Source: a virus. Taken from it: a stretch of 64,000 nt of DNA. This document shows positions 20,328-31,329 of this stretch, piece by piece. The stretch's first letter is position 1, and the number at the start of each line of letters is the position of its first letter. A program made the translations under genes and the position numbers. The notes below the pieces were generated by a model. It searched no databases and was not told the origin of the DNA. It saw nothing but the letters and a program-made list of their open reading frames with translations. The stretch spans positions 49,464 through 113,463 of the IMG/VR virus record IMGVR_UViG_3300012920_000023; one strand, given 5' to 3'.

Positions 20328-21691
20328 CTCAAGAGACTAGACGCATAAAGATTCCCTATCCATCAGATGGCCAAGACCCCTATTATCCGGCGTTTGAAGC
20401 AATGGTGCAAACCATAGATGCATCCGTCTTTGGGTCAGTAAGCAATCGCAACACGATATTTTTTGGTGGCGGTCGGATCACATGGGTGGGAGGTGTCCTG
20501 TCTTTTAGTGAAAACATAGTCTTTGTAGAGCCCACTTTTGGGCAGAGACAGATTCTCTCTGCTCAAGCAGACATCTTTGTCCCAAAAGGACACTTTGTTT
20601 ATGTTGAACTTAGTAGAGGCAACACTCAAGAGGTTAGTCTATTTGCAAAGGTGGGGTCTAGTATACCGGTAAACTCTAATGCATTCGTTCTTTCTTGGAG
20701 AAATCCTACAACGGGAGTTCTGTATTGGAAAACCGGGGCAAAGCAGGTAGACGGACAGGAGATTACCAATATCGGAGAGGTGTCGAGTGGGTCAAACTCT
20801 TCGTATATTTTAGCGGAAGCAGATCAGAGCCTGCCTAACTCAAGGGTTTTGACTGAGGGAACAACCGGAACAGTGCTCGTTACCGACCAAGGTGCTTTAG
20901 GGGGGCTAAATATAGACTTAGCAACAGTTCCCGGTGTCGCAGGTCAGTACAGTTTGGCTTCACTTACGATTAATGAATACGGTCAAATAACGAGTGCCCA
21001 AACCTATGATCCACAGGTTCTGAATGAGAGAGCCATAGATGTGACAGTGGAGGCAGGTAGCGGTTATTTCAAAGTAATCCAAAATACCACCGGTATTAGA
21101 TTGGGTGGCCCTTTTGAGGACGGTCAGATTGAAGTTGAAACGCCCGATCCCGACGATAGTTCTATAACACACCGGTTCATTGGGCAGACTTGGGTATCAC
21201 TCCCGGTGATGACACAGAAACCCATGAACTTAGCAATGGTCTACCCTTTCCGTATTCCAAGTGATGCTAAAGACCTGTCTATGTCTACACATAGTGCAAG
21301 GTTCCGACACTATATTAAGGTCTCCGGGGAACAGTCGCTCACTGTGGTTAAATATACCATTCGTATAGGCTCTAATACTTATACACACAATCGAGCCGTA
21401 GGAGTGACAGATGTTGTCCAAGATATACCTTTGACAGCATTCAACTCTCTGCCGATAGAGGATCATCAAGGTCTGTCTGCGTTCTGTGAGGTTTCGGCTT
21501 CTAACACTTTAAACGCCGGTGCTAATTTTGAAGTCATTTTCGGGCCTCTGTATCTGACGTTCAAGAATACAGAACCAACCGAAACGACCGGTCAGTTTCA
21601 GTTTGTTAGTGCTCAATCTAGTAATCAAAACGTGATAGAGTCCGGCACAGAGTTATCTCCTAGTGTTTTCTCATCCGCAAACTCTAACTAG
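20324..21691 (+). CDS. Virion structural protein (baseplate/fibre-associated)
   Basis: In baseplate operon; GQYSLASLTINEYGQITSA fibre-like motif. Confidence 0.6.
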   Translation: MTQETRRIKIPYPSDGQDPYYPAFEAMVQTIDASVFGSVSNRNTIFFGGGRITWVGGVLSFSENIVFVEPTFGQRQILSAQADIFVPKGHFVYVELSRGNTQEVSLFAKVGSSIPVNSNAFVLSWRNPTTGVLYWKTGAKQVDGQEITNIGEVSSGSNSSYILAEADQSLPNSRVLTEGTTGTVLVTDQGALGGLNIDLATVPGVAGQYSLASLTINEYGQITSAQTYDPQVLNERAIDVTVEAGSGYFKVIQNTTGIRLGGPFEDGQIEVETPDPDDSSITHRFIGQTWVSLPVMTQKPMNLAMVYPFRIPSDAKDLSMSTHSARFRHYIKVSGEQSLTVVKYTIRIGSNTYTHNRAVGVTDVVQDIPLTAFNSLPIEDHQGLSAFCEVSASNTLNAGANFEVIFGPLYLTFKNTEPTETTGQFQFVSAQSSNQNVIESGTELSPSVFSSANSN

Positions 21692-21702
21692 AGGGAGACC
21701 TT

Positions 21703-23853
21703 ATGCCTATCTTTGGATCGAGAGATGCTTTTGGCCGTAGCAGATTTGGTCAAGCAAATTACGGTGAGTTGGTATTGTACAATCTTCTGCCAAGGATTCA
21801 TCGTGCCTTAGACGAGGATAGGGGCTTTCCGGTCAAGAGGTTGTTTAGATCTTTTCAAGAAGAGATGGAAGAACTAAGGCGAGAGATTGACTTACTGCCT
21901 TTTCAACGTGACCCATATCTAGCAAATGGACTTGATTATCCGTCGATTTTGATCATTACCAATGCTGTTGATGATAACGGAAATGTTCAAGTTAGATTTG
22001 ATGTAGAACATCGGATTGTGTCTGTCGATCAAATTGACATATTAGGTACACAGGCCAATGTGATGGACGGGCGTTTTGAGATTGAAGCAGTTATTGATGA
22101 TTTTACCCTTACTTTAAAGAGAGAGAGCAACTTTAACCTCGCCGACGTTTTGACCGCTAAAGCGGTGCGTGTTACATCAAACTGCTGTCTCGTTGAAATA
22201 CTAGATGTCACTCCATACACTGAACCTTGGGGAGACTTAAAGCGACCTTTAGTTAAGTTGACGCTTTCTAATCCCTCAAATGTAGAACTAGGATTGGGCT
22301 TTACTGCTGTGATTGAAGCAGATGAGCCTGTTCCCCCCCCGGAGAACGCATTCCTTGAGCCGGACAGGGCAATCTATAAGGTTGTCTATGTAAGAAAGCG
22401 AGAAAAGGCTTTAGGGTACGATATTGAAGTAATCTGTGATGGAGGGGTGCGTCTTGAGGATTTGACCGGAGACCTCCCCGAGAGGATTATTACTCTTTTT
22501 AAAAGGCCATCATCGCTCGCTCTTTTAGCGAATGATTACGGGTTGGTTAGTGATGATAACCTGCCCGATATTTTCCAAAGGACTGAGATTGCGAATGTCT
22601 TTCAGTTCTTAAAACTCAAGTCTTCTAAAAAAGCGTATGAAGCCCGAAGTGCCGGTGGTGGTTTCAACGTAACAGTAACGCAATTGTATCGAGTGTGTGA
22701 TGAAAGACTCGATGACATACCCGATCACAATCTTTTTGTTGGAACAACCGGAGCCGGCAATACTGCATATTACACAGACATTACTATAGTTAGACCTCGT
22801 TATGATGAGTTAAGTGCGGACGTTGTTCTGCCGTCCGGACGAGCGATAACTGACATTGTTCTGTTCTCAATTCCGGAAACAACTGCATTAAGTCAAGAGG
22901 TCTCAGACTTTTTCGACTGTCTGTTTAATGTACTTATAGAGTCAATAACACTCCTTGATGATCCTGCGGATTTTGAACCACTTGGTTATACCACTCCGGT
23001 TTACGAGATTGGTGTGAACGTCAATGGTTGGCCTAATGAGGGTTGGCAGGTTGCGGATCTAAGCGGAGGGGCGTTCTCTCTCAAAGATGGCGACGAAGAG
23101 TATATTATTGATGGCTCCGATGACAATGATCGAATGAACCGACCTCAAGTGTTTCTGCGTATACAGGTGGAGAACATCAACTTTGAGGTGGGTGATACTC
23201 TGTGTGTGGCTTATAGGCCAACAGCAGATGATTTTGACTGCTGTCCATGTCCTAGTGCAGAGATCATGATAACCATTGAAGCCCTGCCGGCATTCATCAA
23301 TCGAAGCGGTTACTCCGGGGTTGCTCTGTCCGATGCGGTTAAAAGAATCTTAACTCGGCTTAAACGAGAGCAAGTTCCTATTCATGTTCATACTGCAATC
23401 GAAAGGCTTGTTATCAATATCGATGTAGAGGTTCCAAGATTCGACGTAGAAGATGTCGTCGTGGGTGTAGAGATAGAGCCTATTGTTGTCGATTTTGAGC
23501 CGGAGAACAACAGACTGTTTGATTGCCGTTATGATGACATCCCTGCCGATGAGATAATTTTAGATGAGTGTGCTTACGTCCTCTCTTATCCGGGAGTAGA
23601 GGTTGACATTTCAGAGGGGGCTCCACCTCAATCCGGAGAGGTGATAGATATCGTCTTGCCTGCCTTGGACGCACCTACTATCACTGTGCAAGTTCTTGAG
23701 TTTGTGCAAAGAGACATTGTCGTCGATGGTTCATCCTACTATGATGACATTCCTGCCGATGATGAAATCGTAGATAATAGGCGTTCAACCATGATTCCGG
23801 AAGTCAGTGTGGAGGTTACCACAACTCTTGTAAGTGGTGGACAAATACCCTAA
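21703..23853 (+). CDS. Baseplate protein (gp7/tail protein I-like)
   Basis: LYNLLPRIHRALD start, LKLKSSKKAYE, PIHV; acidic; three YD(D/E)xxAD motifs. Confidence 0.6.
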   Translation: MPIFGSRDAFGRSRFGQANYGELVLYNLLPRIHRALDEDRGFPVKRLFRSFQEEMEELRREIDLLPFQRDPYLANGLDYPSILIITNAVDDNGNVQVRFDVEHRIVSVDQIDILGTQANVMDGRFEIEAVIDDFTLTLKRESNFNLADVLTAKAVRVTSNCCLVEILDVTPYTEPWGDLKRPLVKLTLSNPSNVELGLGFTAVIEADEPVPPPENAFLEPDRAIYKVVYVRKREKALGYDIEVICDGGVRLEDLTGDLPERIITLFKRPSSLALLANDYGLVSDDNLPDIFQRTEIANVFQFLKLKSSKKAYEARSAGGGFNVTVTQLYRVCDERLDDIPDHNLFVGTTGAGNTAYYTDITIVRPRYDELSADVVLPSGRAITDIVLFSIPETTALSQEVSDFFDCLFNVLIESITLLDDPADFEPLGYTTPVYEIGVNVNGWPNEGWQVADLSGGAFSLKDGDEEYIIDGSDDNDRMNRPQVFLRIQVENINFEVGDTLCVAYRPTADDFDCCPCPSAEIMITIEALPAFINRSGYSGVALSDAVKRILTRLKREQVPIHVHTAIERLVINIDVEVPRFDVEDVVVGVEIEPIVVDFEPENNRLFDCRYDDIPADEIILDECAYVLSYPGVEVDISEGAPPQSGEVIDIVLPALDAPTITVQVLEFVQRDIVVDGSSYYDDIPADDEIVDNRRSTMIPEVSVEVTTTLVSGGQIP

Positions 23854-23882
23854 AATCAGCAATAAAATAAGGAGAAACGATT

Positions 23883-24392
23883 ATGCCTGCAACCGGTGTA
23901 TATACAGATGTTTATAGAGAAAAATTAGCACAGTTAAGTGCCGACGCCTTGGCCGATCAAACTAAACTTGACATGCCGATACTCTTCTTCAAAGTCGGAG
24001 AGGGGGGGTTTGAAACACAACCTAACGGACAGCAGACACCCAAAGTGCCCGATCCTAGTCGTACTGACTTAGAGGCTCCGTCAGAGATGGGTTCAAATGA
24101 TCCCCGTAACCCTTTAGGTGGATTTTTTGTAAAACAACTGACACCGCAACAGGTTTCAATCCAAGGTCGGGACGTAACAATTTCATGTGTTTTGAGTGCC
24201 AACGAGGCTAATCTAGACGGATCAAGTAAACTTCTCGGTAACGTCCAAGGGACTCCGAAACTTTTTGAAGTCGGAATTTTTGACGGTAACCCGGTCACGA
24301 GAGAGGCGACCATGCTTGCGTACTGCACGTTTGATGAGGTCGTTAAGATCCCCGATATTCAAGTCACTATAAATATAACGATCAAATATTAA
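23883..24392 (+). CDS. Tail collar-like protein
   Basis: FKVGEGG and EVGIFD...MLAYCTF...K motifs. Confidence 0.65.
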   Translation: MPATGVYTDVYREKLAQLSADALADQTKLDMPILFFKVGEGGFETQPNGQQTPKVPDPSRTDLEAPSEMGSNDPRNPLGGFFVKQLTPQQVSIQGRDVTISCVLSANEANLDGSSKLLGNVQGTPKLFEVGIFDGNPVTREATMLAYCTFDEVVKIPDIQVTINITIKY

Positions 24393-24403
24393 GGAGGGTT
24401 TCA

Positions 24404-27400
24404 ATGCCTACTCAACTCCCAATAAGTGTGGATGAAATCACGATTAAATGGAGACAACCTTATGTCTCAGAAGCCCTAAACCGTAAAGCCAAAGCGGATG
24501 ATGGCGGTATCATTAGAGGGTATGAACTTAAGATCAATCCGGACGTTAATGCACCGAATACTGTCATTTTAGATGTTGATGCACAGACCGGTGACTCGGC
24601 AATGAACATCATTAATTCGACAGATCCGGAGTATGCTGTTGCTTGGGTGAGGGATACTGCATTAGTGCTTGCAGTTCCGAATGTGGCCGGTTACCAACAC
24701 CTGTTCGCTAACCACGGATATACTGAGGGTTCGGACACAGTTCCTACTTTAACTTGGTATAGTAACGCAGAGATTACAGTCATTGATCCCCCCCCGGGCA
24801 TGTATATCGGATCAGTAAACATTCAAATTGGAAATGTAAAAACTTTTTACTCGATTACCGGTTCGCTCTCCTTTAAGCGATCAACACCTAGTGCTTTCCG
24901 GGGAGCCAAGGGACGTGTCGACACTTATTACGACGAGAATACACTCCTTTACACTGATTTTAGTGACCGCAGATTTGTTCCAATAGACGACAATCCTACG
25001 GTATTAAACCGAGTATCGGCCTCGATTGTTTCAAGAGAAATGTTAGCAGGCAATAACATTACTACCATCTCTCCTTTAACTAACATTCAGACTATCTATC
25101 CCGAGACAAACCGCAGTGTTCTGCTTTTTTGGAGAACAGATGCCGACGTCACAAATCGACCGGCTGTAGGCAACCACGAAAAGCGGTTCATACTTCCTTA
25201 TTTCGTACCTTGTGTGTCTCAATGGGATTCGGATGCCGATCAGAGGATTCTTAGATTCGCAGTAAGGATTGCCGGCTTTAGGAATAGAAACCAACGTCCT
25301 GCCAATCAGTCTGAGACAGACAAATGGCGGTTAGCGGTTAATCTTACGCTCGGGAATGTGCCTTTAGTTACCGGCCCGAACATTGTTCCCGGGCAGACTG
25401 TCACTACAGACACATTCCTATCTCATGAGCAGGTGAATAACTACACGCTTTCTTCTGACGAAATTGACTTTGAGCCTTTAAACAGCACGACGGATGGCTT
25501 TAAGGATTGGGGTTGGCAGACAGGTCAAGTCTACCTCCCAAATAAAGACTCTCAAAACAACCCTATATCTATTCTAGGGTTCAGTGTTTCTATCATTATC
25601 CCGGATATGCGTAACGACGAGTTCTTGGCAATTGATCGCTTAGTTGTAGAGGGTGAAAATATTGCCTTAGTGGATGCTTTTGACTCGGCTCATCACTTAG
25701 GAGGCATGGAGCGTTATGGTTCAATCAGTGCTAGTGAGATTACTCGTTCAACTGAGTTGACTCCAAGCGTGAGGGCACTAAACCTAGTTCCGTCGAATTG
25801 TTGGGGACTAAAGGTTAATGGCAACACGCAGTTCCTCTCTGAGAGAATCAAGCACAATGTAAATATCGGTCTACCTTTGAGAGATAGAGATCACATTGGT
25901 CGATTAGAGGGCTATGCGGACGACACTGTATTCTACGACTCCGAGGGCAGTGCACCTATTCAGTTTAAGGAGATCAGAAACCTCTTTAAACAGTCTAACG
26001 TGAATATCTATGCTCCCGGTCAATACGAAACACGGAGTTTGATCTCGGCTTTAACGGCAACTAATGCTTTAGTCCCGGACTCTCTTAAGGCTCCTTTTAG
26101 AGCAGGCTTGACCATTCACAACGGAAATCTGTTTGCCCTTAAAAGCACTTCTAACCTTAGCACTGAATATGAGTCTCAAAATGGCTCACCCTCTAATCTA
26201 ACAGGTTACCTTGTAGCAGAGGGTGGTATCCTAGCAGATGCTCAGTATATTGAGCGTGGTACTTATGACTTTGACACCGGAGTCGCTACACCTGCTCCAA
26301 GACTTGAAGTAAAGTCGCTAATGAGTGATAACTTTCAATCTCAGATTTCAAACGTATTCGCTTATCTTGCTCGCCATGACACGGTAGGTTATTTTGACGG
26401 TACGTTTAGAGATGGAGAGGGCATACTACTTTTCAAATCGGAACCACTAACTAGCGGACTCTTAAACTTTTATGTGGATGGTCTTAGGTCTGATGGGGCT
26501 ACTCAGACAGGCGTGTCTAATCAGTTGTCGTTCTTTAGATATAACAACATGGTTACTCTTATAGGTGCACCTTTTCAAGCCGACACCGGGCTTGACGAAA
26601 ACGGGAGTCCGGCTATCGACTTTCCCCTCATTGGGATAAGAGTCAATACTCAAAAACAAGTTATCGCTAGTGTGCCAATTGAGAGTTTAACTGCTCAACT
26701 TGATCAACATCTTGCTGTAAACAACGGTTTTACCATTGATTCTAGTGTGAGACACACTGTTAACTTTAGACGGGCGTTAGGCAGTTTATTAAATGGTGCC
26801 GATATTGACATACCCGAGACAGGAAATGTTGCTGACGATGAGGGGGGTGATTTGACGACCGGCGGTGTTCGACCACGGCTTTATTATGGATTAGAGGGAA
26901 TCGGCCCTTTCGGTTTCTCGGTTGATCCCGTCTCCGGGCTACAGAGTTTTGGAAACACGACGAAAGTTTATCGATTCCAAGATGATTCTCTGTCGGGTCA
27001 AGCGGACGGTTCTGATGTTCGCAATAAAGTCACGATTGTAAACACCGTACTGCCCCAAAACTATGGAGACATGACAGTTGAGCCTATGACTGAGAGTAAA
27101 ATCTCTTATCAAAATCCACTTAGTAATCTTGTTGGCAGTGCGGATGATCCCGGTCGATATAAGATAACGAAGTTCCTTGGCAGGTTGTATGATAGCCAAC
27201 TAATAATCCCTGCTAGTGGAGAACTACTAGGGGTTATCGGTAATGATAACGATCTTTTTGGTGGCGAGATTTCCGCAACCTTGGATCACCTCCTTTACAT
27301 GTTTCAACCTCTTGATAAAAATGGTGATGTTGCAGTACATATACAAAACAGGACTGCTGTTGGCTTCCGTTTCCAACAATATTTCCTCGATGCAAATGAC

Positions 27401-28030
27401 TCTAACTATCCATTCACCGGCCTTTCTAATGCAACCAAGACAAGAGACACTTTGTTTGAAAGAAACTTTGTGCGAGATGTGTTTTTGAAATTGCAGTTAT
27501 CTGTCCTGCCCAAAGGTAGACTGAGTACCGGAGGGTTTACCGGTAATCCGAACTCTTTTGAGGCAACGTATGGAGCAATTTGTACAAAGACTTATTTAGT
27601 CAATATGTATCAGTATGTTGCGTCGGTGTTCGGCTTGATTGACGGTACAAGTACATTTAATTGGCCACAGCAGAATGGTAGTGATCTGAGCGACCTAGGC
27701 TTTAGTGCCTATATACGTCAACGACTGATTAGTGGCATTCCTTGGGAGTTGGACGTGGACAACCCTCTTTCTACGGATTGGCTTTCTCTTACAAACACGC
27801 CACTGAACAATGGTGAAGCAACGGATCGAACCATCGGTCAAATACAAACTCAGTTGGAAGCCCTTTCATTCAGTCCGAACATTCTTGATCCTTACGAGTA
27901 TGATCATATATTTAGCATTAGCACTCTATACAGGAGTTCTTACGGATCTATAAATCGAGAATCTCACCCTATAAATCTGTCTCCCGCATATCGTGAGATA
28001 TTCTGCCAATACGAAAACAGTTCACTTTAG
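24404..28030 (+). CDS. Large tail fibre / structural protein
   Basis: 1208 aa beta-rich protein directly after collar gene. Confidence 0.6.
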   Translation: MPTQLPISVDEITIKWRQPYVSEALNRKAKADDGGIIRGYELKINPDVNAPNTVILDVDAQTGDSAMNIINSTDPEYAVAWVRDTALVLAVPNVAGYQHLFANHGYTEGSDTVPTLTWYSNAEITVIDPPPGMYIGSVNIQIGNVKTFYSITGSLSFKRSTPSAFRGAKGRVDTYYDENTLLYTDFSDRRFVPIDDNPTVLNRVSASIVSREMLAGNNITTISPLTNIQTIYPETNRSVLLFWRTDADVTNRPAVGNHEKRFILPYFVPCVSQWDSDADQRILRFAVRIAGFRNRNQRPANQSETDKWRLAVNLTLGNVPLVTGPNIVPGQTVTTDTFLSHEQVNNYTLSSDEIDFEPLNSTTDGFKDWGWQTGQVYLPNKDSQNNPISILGFSVSIIIPDMRNDEFLAIDRLVVEGENIALVDAFDSAHHLGGMERYGSISASEITRSTELTPSVRALNLVPSNCWGLKVNGNTQFLSERIKHNVNIGLPLRDRDHIGRLEGYADDTVFYDSEGSAPIQFKEIRNLFKQSNVNIYAPGQYETRSLISALTATNALVPDSLKAPFRAGLTIHNGNLFALKSTSNLSTEYESQNGSPSNLTGYLVAEGGILADAQYIERGTYDFDTGVATPAPRLEVKSLMSDNFQSQISNVFAYLARHDTVGYFDGTFRDGEGILLFKSEPLTSGLLNFYVDGLRSDGATQTGVSNQLSFFRYNNMVTLIGAPFQADTGLDENGSPAIDFPLIGIRVNTQKQVIASVPIESLTAQLDQHLAVNNGFTIDSSVRHTVNFRRALGSLLNGADIDIPETGNVADDEGGDLTTGGVRPRLYYGLEGIGPFGFSVDPVSGLQSFGNTTKVYRFQDDSLSGQADGSDVRNKVTIVNTVLPQNYGDMTVEPMTESKISYQNPLSNLVGSADDPGRYKITKFLGRLYDSQLIIPASGELLGVIGNDNDLFGGEISATLDHLLYMFQPLDKNGDVAVHIQNRTAVGFRFQQYFLDANDSNYPFTGLSNATKTRDTLFERNFVRDVFLKLQLSVLPKGRLSTGGFTGNPNSFEATYGAICTKTYLVNMYQYVASVFGLIDGTSTFNWPQQNGSDLSDLGFSAYIRQRLISGIPWELDVDNPLSTDWLSLTNTPLNNGEATDRTIGQIQTQLEALSFSPNILDPYEYDHIFSISTLYRSSYGSINRESHPINLSPAYREIFCQYENSSL

Positions 28031-28040
28031 GAGATTGAAC

Positions 28041-28397
28041 ATGAAAGTATTTAACTCACTCTTAATCTTATTGTTTGTTCTGACATTCACCGGTTGCAAC
28101 CGTGTGATCATTAGAGATTCCAAGGCATATAAATTGGAGGCATTGTACTTCTCAAAGACAATTGCTGAGACCAACAAGATTGTTCTTCATCGCTTAAAGA
28201 CTCAATGTTGTGAGGGTGCTGTGTTTAATAGTGGCGACGAGTCATGCTCTAAAGATGGTGAGACGTTCGCAGTCACGCACGCACGTGCACAACATCATTA
28301 TGATCGCTTGATGTTTCTTGCAGGTTTCACTGAACAAGACCCGGGGAGTGCCCCCGATTTTGAGATTGACGATATCTTGGTGGGGGTGTGCAAATGA
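28041..28397 (+). CDS. Lipoprotein
   Basis: AGGAG RBS; MKVFNSLLILLFVLTFTG-C lipobox. Confidence 0.7.
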   Translation: MKVFNSLLILLFVLTFTGCNRVIIRDSKAYKLEALYFSKTIAETNKIVLHRLKTQCCEGAVFNSGDESCSKDGETFAVTHARAQHHYDRLMFLAGFTEQDPGSAPDFEIDDILVGVCK

Positions 28398-28774
28398 ATG
28401 ACGCTATTCTAAGCATGGCTAGTAATCTTGCCGGCAAGGCTCTTGATGATTTGATTAAGAGTCTTAAAGAAGAGGTCGGTGAGTCTTATGCGGATAAGAA
28501 TGTGCAGAGAGTTGCTGAAATTGGCTTAAGTCTAGCGTCTACCATTGGTAAATCGGGGCTTGACATCGTGGAAGCGATGATTGAGGGCCGAAACTATGAT
28601 GAACGTGTTCTTGCAGATAATCTATCTCTTCGTGAAATGTCAGACCTCTTGGACATTCTCCAAAACTTGGAAGCCGATCAAAAGGCTTCGATTAACCGGG
28701 TTATCTCAGTCACTAAAGACTCTGCAATTCAAGCGTCATCGATTTTGATTAAGGCTGTTCTTTCAGTTTCTTAA
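28394..28774 (+). CDS. Hypothetical helical protein
   Basis: Coupled to upstream lipoprotein (ATGA overlap). Confidence 0.6.
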   Translation: MNDAILSMASNLAGKALDDLIKSLKEEVGESYADKNVQRVAEIGLSLASTIGKSGLDIVEAMIEGRNYDERVLADNLSLREMSDLLDILQNLEADQKASINRVISVTKDSAIQASSILIKAVLSVS

Positions 28775-28890
28775 GTTTTGGACTTGACTCTCAGTCAAAT
28801 AGATGACAAAAGATATTCTCATACTGATAAACCTCAAGGAGAGGTAAACATTTAACAGGACTCTCCTTGAACAAAAAATAAGGGGATTAC

Positions 28891-29535
28891 ATGTTAAGAA
28901 AAAGAAGAATCCTATCACCCGAGGATCTCAAAGTAATGATCGCTCGGCTTGAAGAGCGAGATTGCAATGCGGTGACAATACCGGACGCAGAAGACGCTTT
29001 GGTGGGCTTTGTTGTCAATGATTATGAAACCGGTGAAGCACTTGCCGTTTACGACCTTGATACTCTTACAGAGTCAAAGGCTTATGATTATCAAGTCGAT
29101 AATTCGATAAGCGATGATGATGCTATTATGATGTCTAAGGATGACATCAGTTTTAATCTTTTAAACACTTTGGGTTTTGAGGGGAGTCCCCTGCTTATTG
29201 ATGTATGCGGTGAAAGATCAATCACTCTTGACGAGTACCAAGAGAACGCAAAACGTACCGCCCAAGTGTCAGAAGATCCTAATCTTATGGCCAATTGGGC
29301 TTTAGGTATGGCCGGTGAGGTTGGCGAGTCGGTTGAAATCATTAAAAAACATCTGTTTCATGGTAAACCGCTTGACTTAAAAGAGGTTGAAAATGAACTT
29401 GGTGACGTACTTTGGTATTTAAGCATGTTGGCTACTCAATGCGGTCTTTCCTTAAACGCTATTGCCGACAAGAATCTGAGTAAACTTGAGTCACGCTATC
29501 CAAATGGCTTTGTAAAAGGGGGAGGAAATAGGTGA
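28891..29535 (+). CDS. mazG: MazG-like NTP pyrophosphohydrolase with N-terminal extra domain
   Basis: LGMAGEVGESVEIIKK...ELGDVLWY...NLSKLESRYP. Confidence 0.85.
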   Translation: MLRKRRILSPEDLKVMIARLEERDCNAVTIPDAEDALVGFVVNDYETGEALAVYDLDTLTESKAYDYQVDNSISDDDAIMMSKDDISFNLLNTLGFEGSPLLIDVCGERSITLDEYQENAKRTAQVSEDPNLMANWALGMAGEVGESVEIIKKHLFHGKPLDLKEVENELGDVLWYLSMLATQCGLSLNAIADKNLSKLESRYPNGFVKGGGNR

Positions 29536-29990
29536 TAAATATGAAGTTTGAAGCATTATGTATTATTCTAGCCGGGTGGTCGCACAGTGCCGATCCTGCA
29601 AAAAAGCGAGCAACCGAAGTCTGTACTGCGGTCGCAATCGAAGCGACTAAACAGCAAGTGCCCGTTGACGAAGCCTTGGCTTTGGCGTGGGCAGAGAGCA
29701 GGTTCACGCCTACAGTAAACCGAAGAACGGGAGCGAAAGGCCCAATGCAGGTTTTACCTAAGTGGTGGTGTCCTAAGCCGGCTACTTCATGCGATTATGT
29801 AGAGGCCGGAGTTAGAGCCTTAAAGACTTTTAAGAAGTTGTTTCCGGGCTTTAAGAACGCCGTATGTCACTATAACAGTGGGGTTGATCCGGAGTGCCCT
29901 GCTAGGAGTGAATCTTTTGCAGAGGCGGTTGAAGTGCAGAGGGTGAAGATTAAAAGGCAACTAATGAGATCGAAAAGTGGAGCGAAGTGA
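29532..29990 (+). CDS. SLT-family lytic transglycosylase with signal peptide
   Basis: AESRF catalytic Glu, GAKGPMQV, YNSG; hydrophobic N-terminus. Confidence 0.8.
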   Translation: MINMKFEALCIILAGWSHSADPAKKRATEVCTAVAIEATKQQVPVDEALALAWAESRFTPTVNRRTGAKGPMQVLPKWWCPKPATSCDYVEAGVRALKTFKKLFPGFKNAVCHYNSGVDPECPARSESFAEAVEVQRVKIKRQLMRSKSGAK

Positions 29991-30301
29991 TGGGAACTAG
30001 AACTGTTTTTATACCTACTAAGGCCAAACGTCAGAATCGGGAGTTTGAACCACCTGTTGAGCCGGGAGAGCATACCAAGTATGGTTTCTGTCATTATCTT
30101 CAAAGATGGGTTCGCCGAGATACTATGTTAGGCGTTAATATACGCTTTTATAACGCCGACAATGAGCAGACAACGATTAAACTAAGGTTATCCCCCGAGG
30201 GGTGGCAGGATCTCATCGACAGGGCGACTCCTGCGAATTGGGATAATGAGTTAAAAACTAAAGCCGAGTTGGATGCAGAGGGGATAGAGTATGACTCTTG
30301 A
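29987..30301 (+). CDS. Hypothetical protein
   Basis: Overlapping operon ORF. Confidence 0.55.
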   Translation: MMGTRTVFIPTKAKRQNREFEPPVEPGEHTKYGFCHYLQRWVRRDTMLGVNIRFYNADNEQTTIKLRLSPEGWQDLIDRATPANWDNELKTKAELDAEGIEYDS

Positions 30302-30977
30302 GCCGGTCTATATAGGCGACGGTTTTGTCAAATTAGTCGACAAGATGATTAGCCCTGCGGATCTAAAGGTCGTGAACTCTGCTAGAATCTCAATGGGTAA
30401 GCAGACCGAGAAAATGAAGCCTAGAGATGATCGGCTTATCGAGTATTTGGCTCGTGAGAACCACACCTCACCTTTTAGGCATACTTACATGACCTTTCAT
30501 ATCAAGGCTCCCATCTTTGTACTTAGGCAATGGCAGAAGCATCAAGTCGGTTGCAGTTTCAACGAGATATCGGGTCGATACGTTGAGTTTAAACTTGAGT
30601 ATTGGAAGCCGACGGAATGGCGAGAGCAGGCAGATAATGTTAAGCAGGGCTCCGGCGGTGATATAGTTGACATGGGCATGAAAAAAATTGTGGAAGACAC
30701 CTATCGAGAGTGCTGTGATTCTGCGTTTGATGCTTATGAGTCTCTCTTAGCATTAGGGGTATGTCGAGAGCAGGCGAGGGCTTGCTTACCCTTAGCCATA
30801 TACTCTGAGTGTTATTGGACTGTAAGTATGCAGGCCGTTGCTCACTTCTTAAAATTGAGGGAGGACTCTCATGCTCAAGCGGAGATAAGAGATTATGCTC
30901 AAGCGGTACGCTATTTAATCGGTGAGGGTATTTATGGCGGTGAAAAGGTATTAGGAGCGTTAAATGGCGAGGGGTAA
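30291..30977 (+). CDS. thyX: FAD-dependent thymidylate synthase
   Basis: NSARIS, HTSPF, APIFVLRQW, SFNEISGRY, REQAR, HAQAEIR. Confidence 0.93.
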   Translation: MTLEPVYIGDGFVKLVDKMISPADLKVVNSARISMGKQTEKMKPRDDRLIEYLARENHTSPFRHTYMTFHIKAPIFVLRQWQKHQVGCSFNEISGRYVEFKLEYWKPTEWREQADNVKQGSGGDIVDMGMKKIVEDTYRECCDSAFDAYESLLALGVCREQARACLPLAIYSECYWTVSMQAVAHFLKLREDSHAQAEIRDYAQAVRYLIGEGIYGGEKVLGALNGEG

Positions 30978-31329
30978 GAAAGTTTACGGATATCTTAAAA
31001 GGGATATTCGCTTGAATAACCCGAGTTATCTTATTTGGAAAAATAAGCCGGTGGGGGAGAACATATTCCCTCAACACATGAAAGTGGCTCTGTGTAAGCC
31101 TACTAGATACGAGGAGGGTCAACTGAGACGCATGGCCAATCAATATAATGAGCCTTGTTTTGTAGTCAATGTGGAGGGTCACAGAGTATACTTAATGCGT
31201 AGCGTTCTATTGACGGAGGACGAATATGATGAAATCAGACGTGATCAGAATAAGAAACACTCAAAGGCAAAGCAAAAATTGGCTTTACTTAAAAAGCGAG
31301 ATGGGGGTGTGGGTAAGGGGACTCGTTGA
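30964..31329 (+). CDS. Hypothetical basic protein
   Basis: AGGAG RBS; operon position. Confidence 0.55.
   Translation: MARGKKVYGYLKRDIRLNNPSYLIWKNKPVGENIFPQHMKVALCKPTRYEEGQLRRMANQYNEPCFVVNVEGHRVYLMRSVLLTEDEYDEIRRDQNKKHSKAKQKLALLKKRDGGVGKGTR

Noticed and set aside
9201-28030. Bacterial eCIS/T6SS locus
   Set aside because: Embedded among phage replication, nucleotide-metabolism and early genes with no host housekeeping context.
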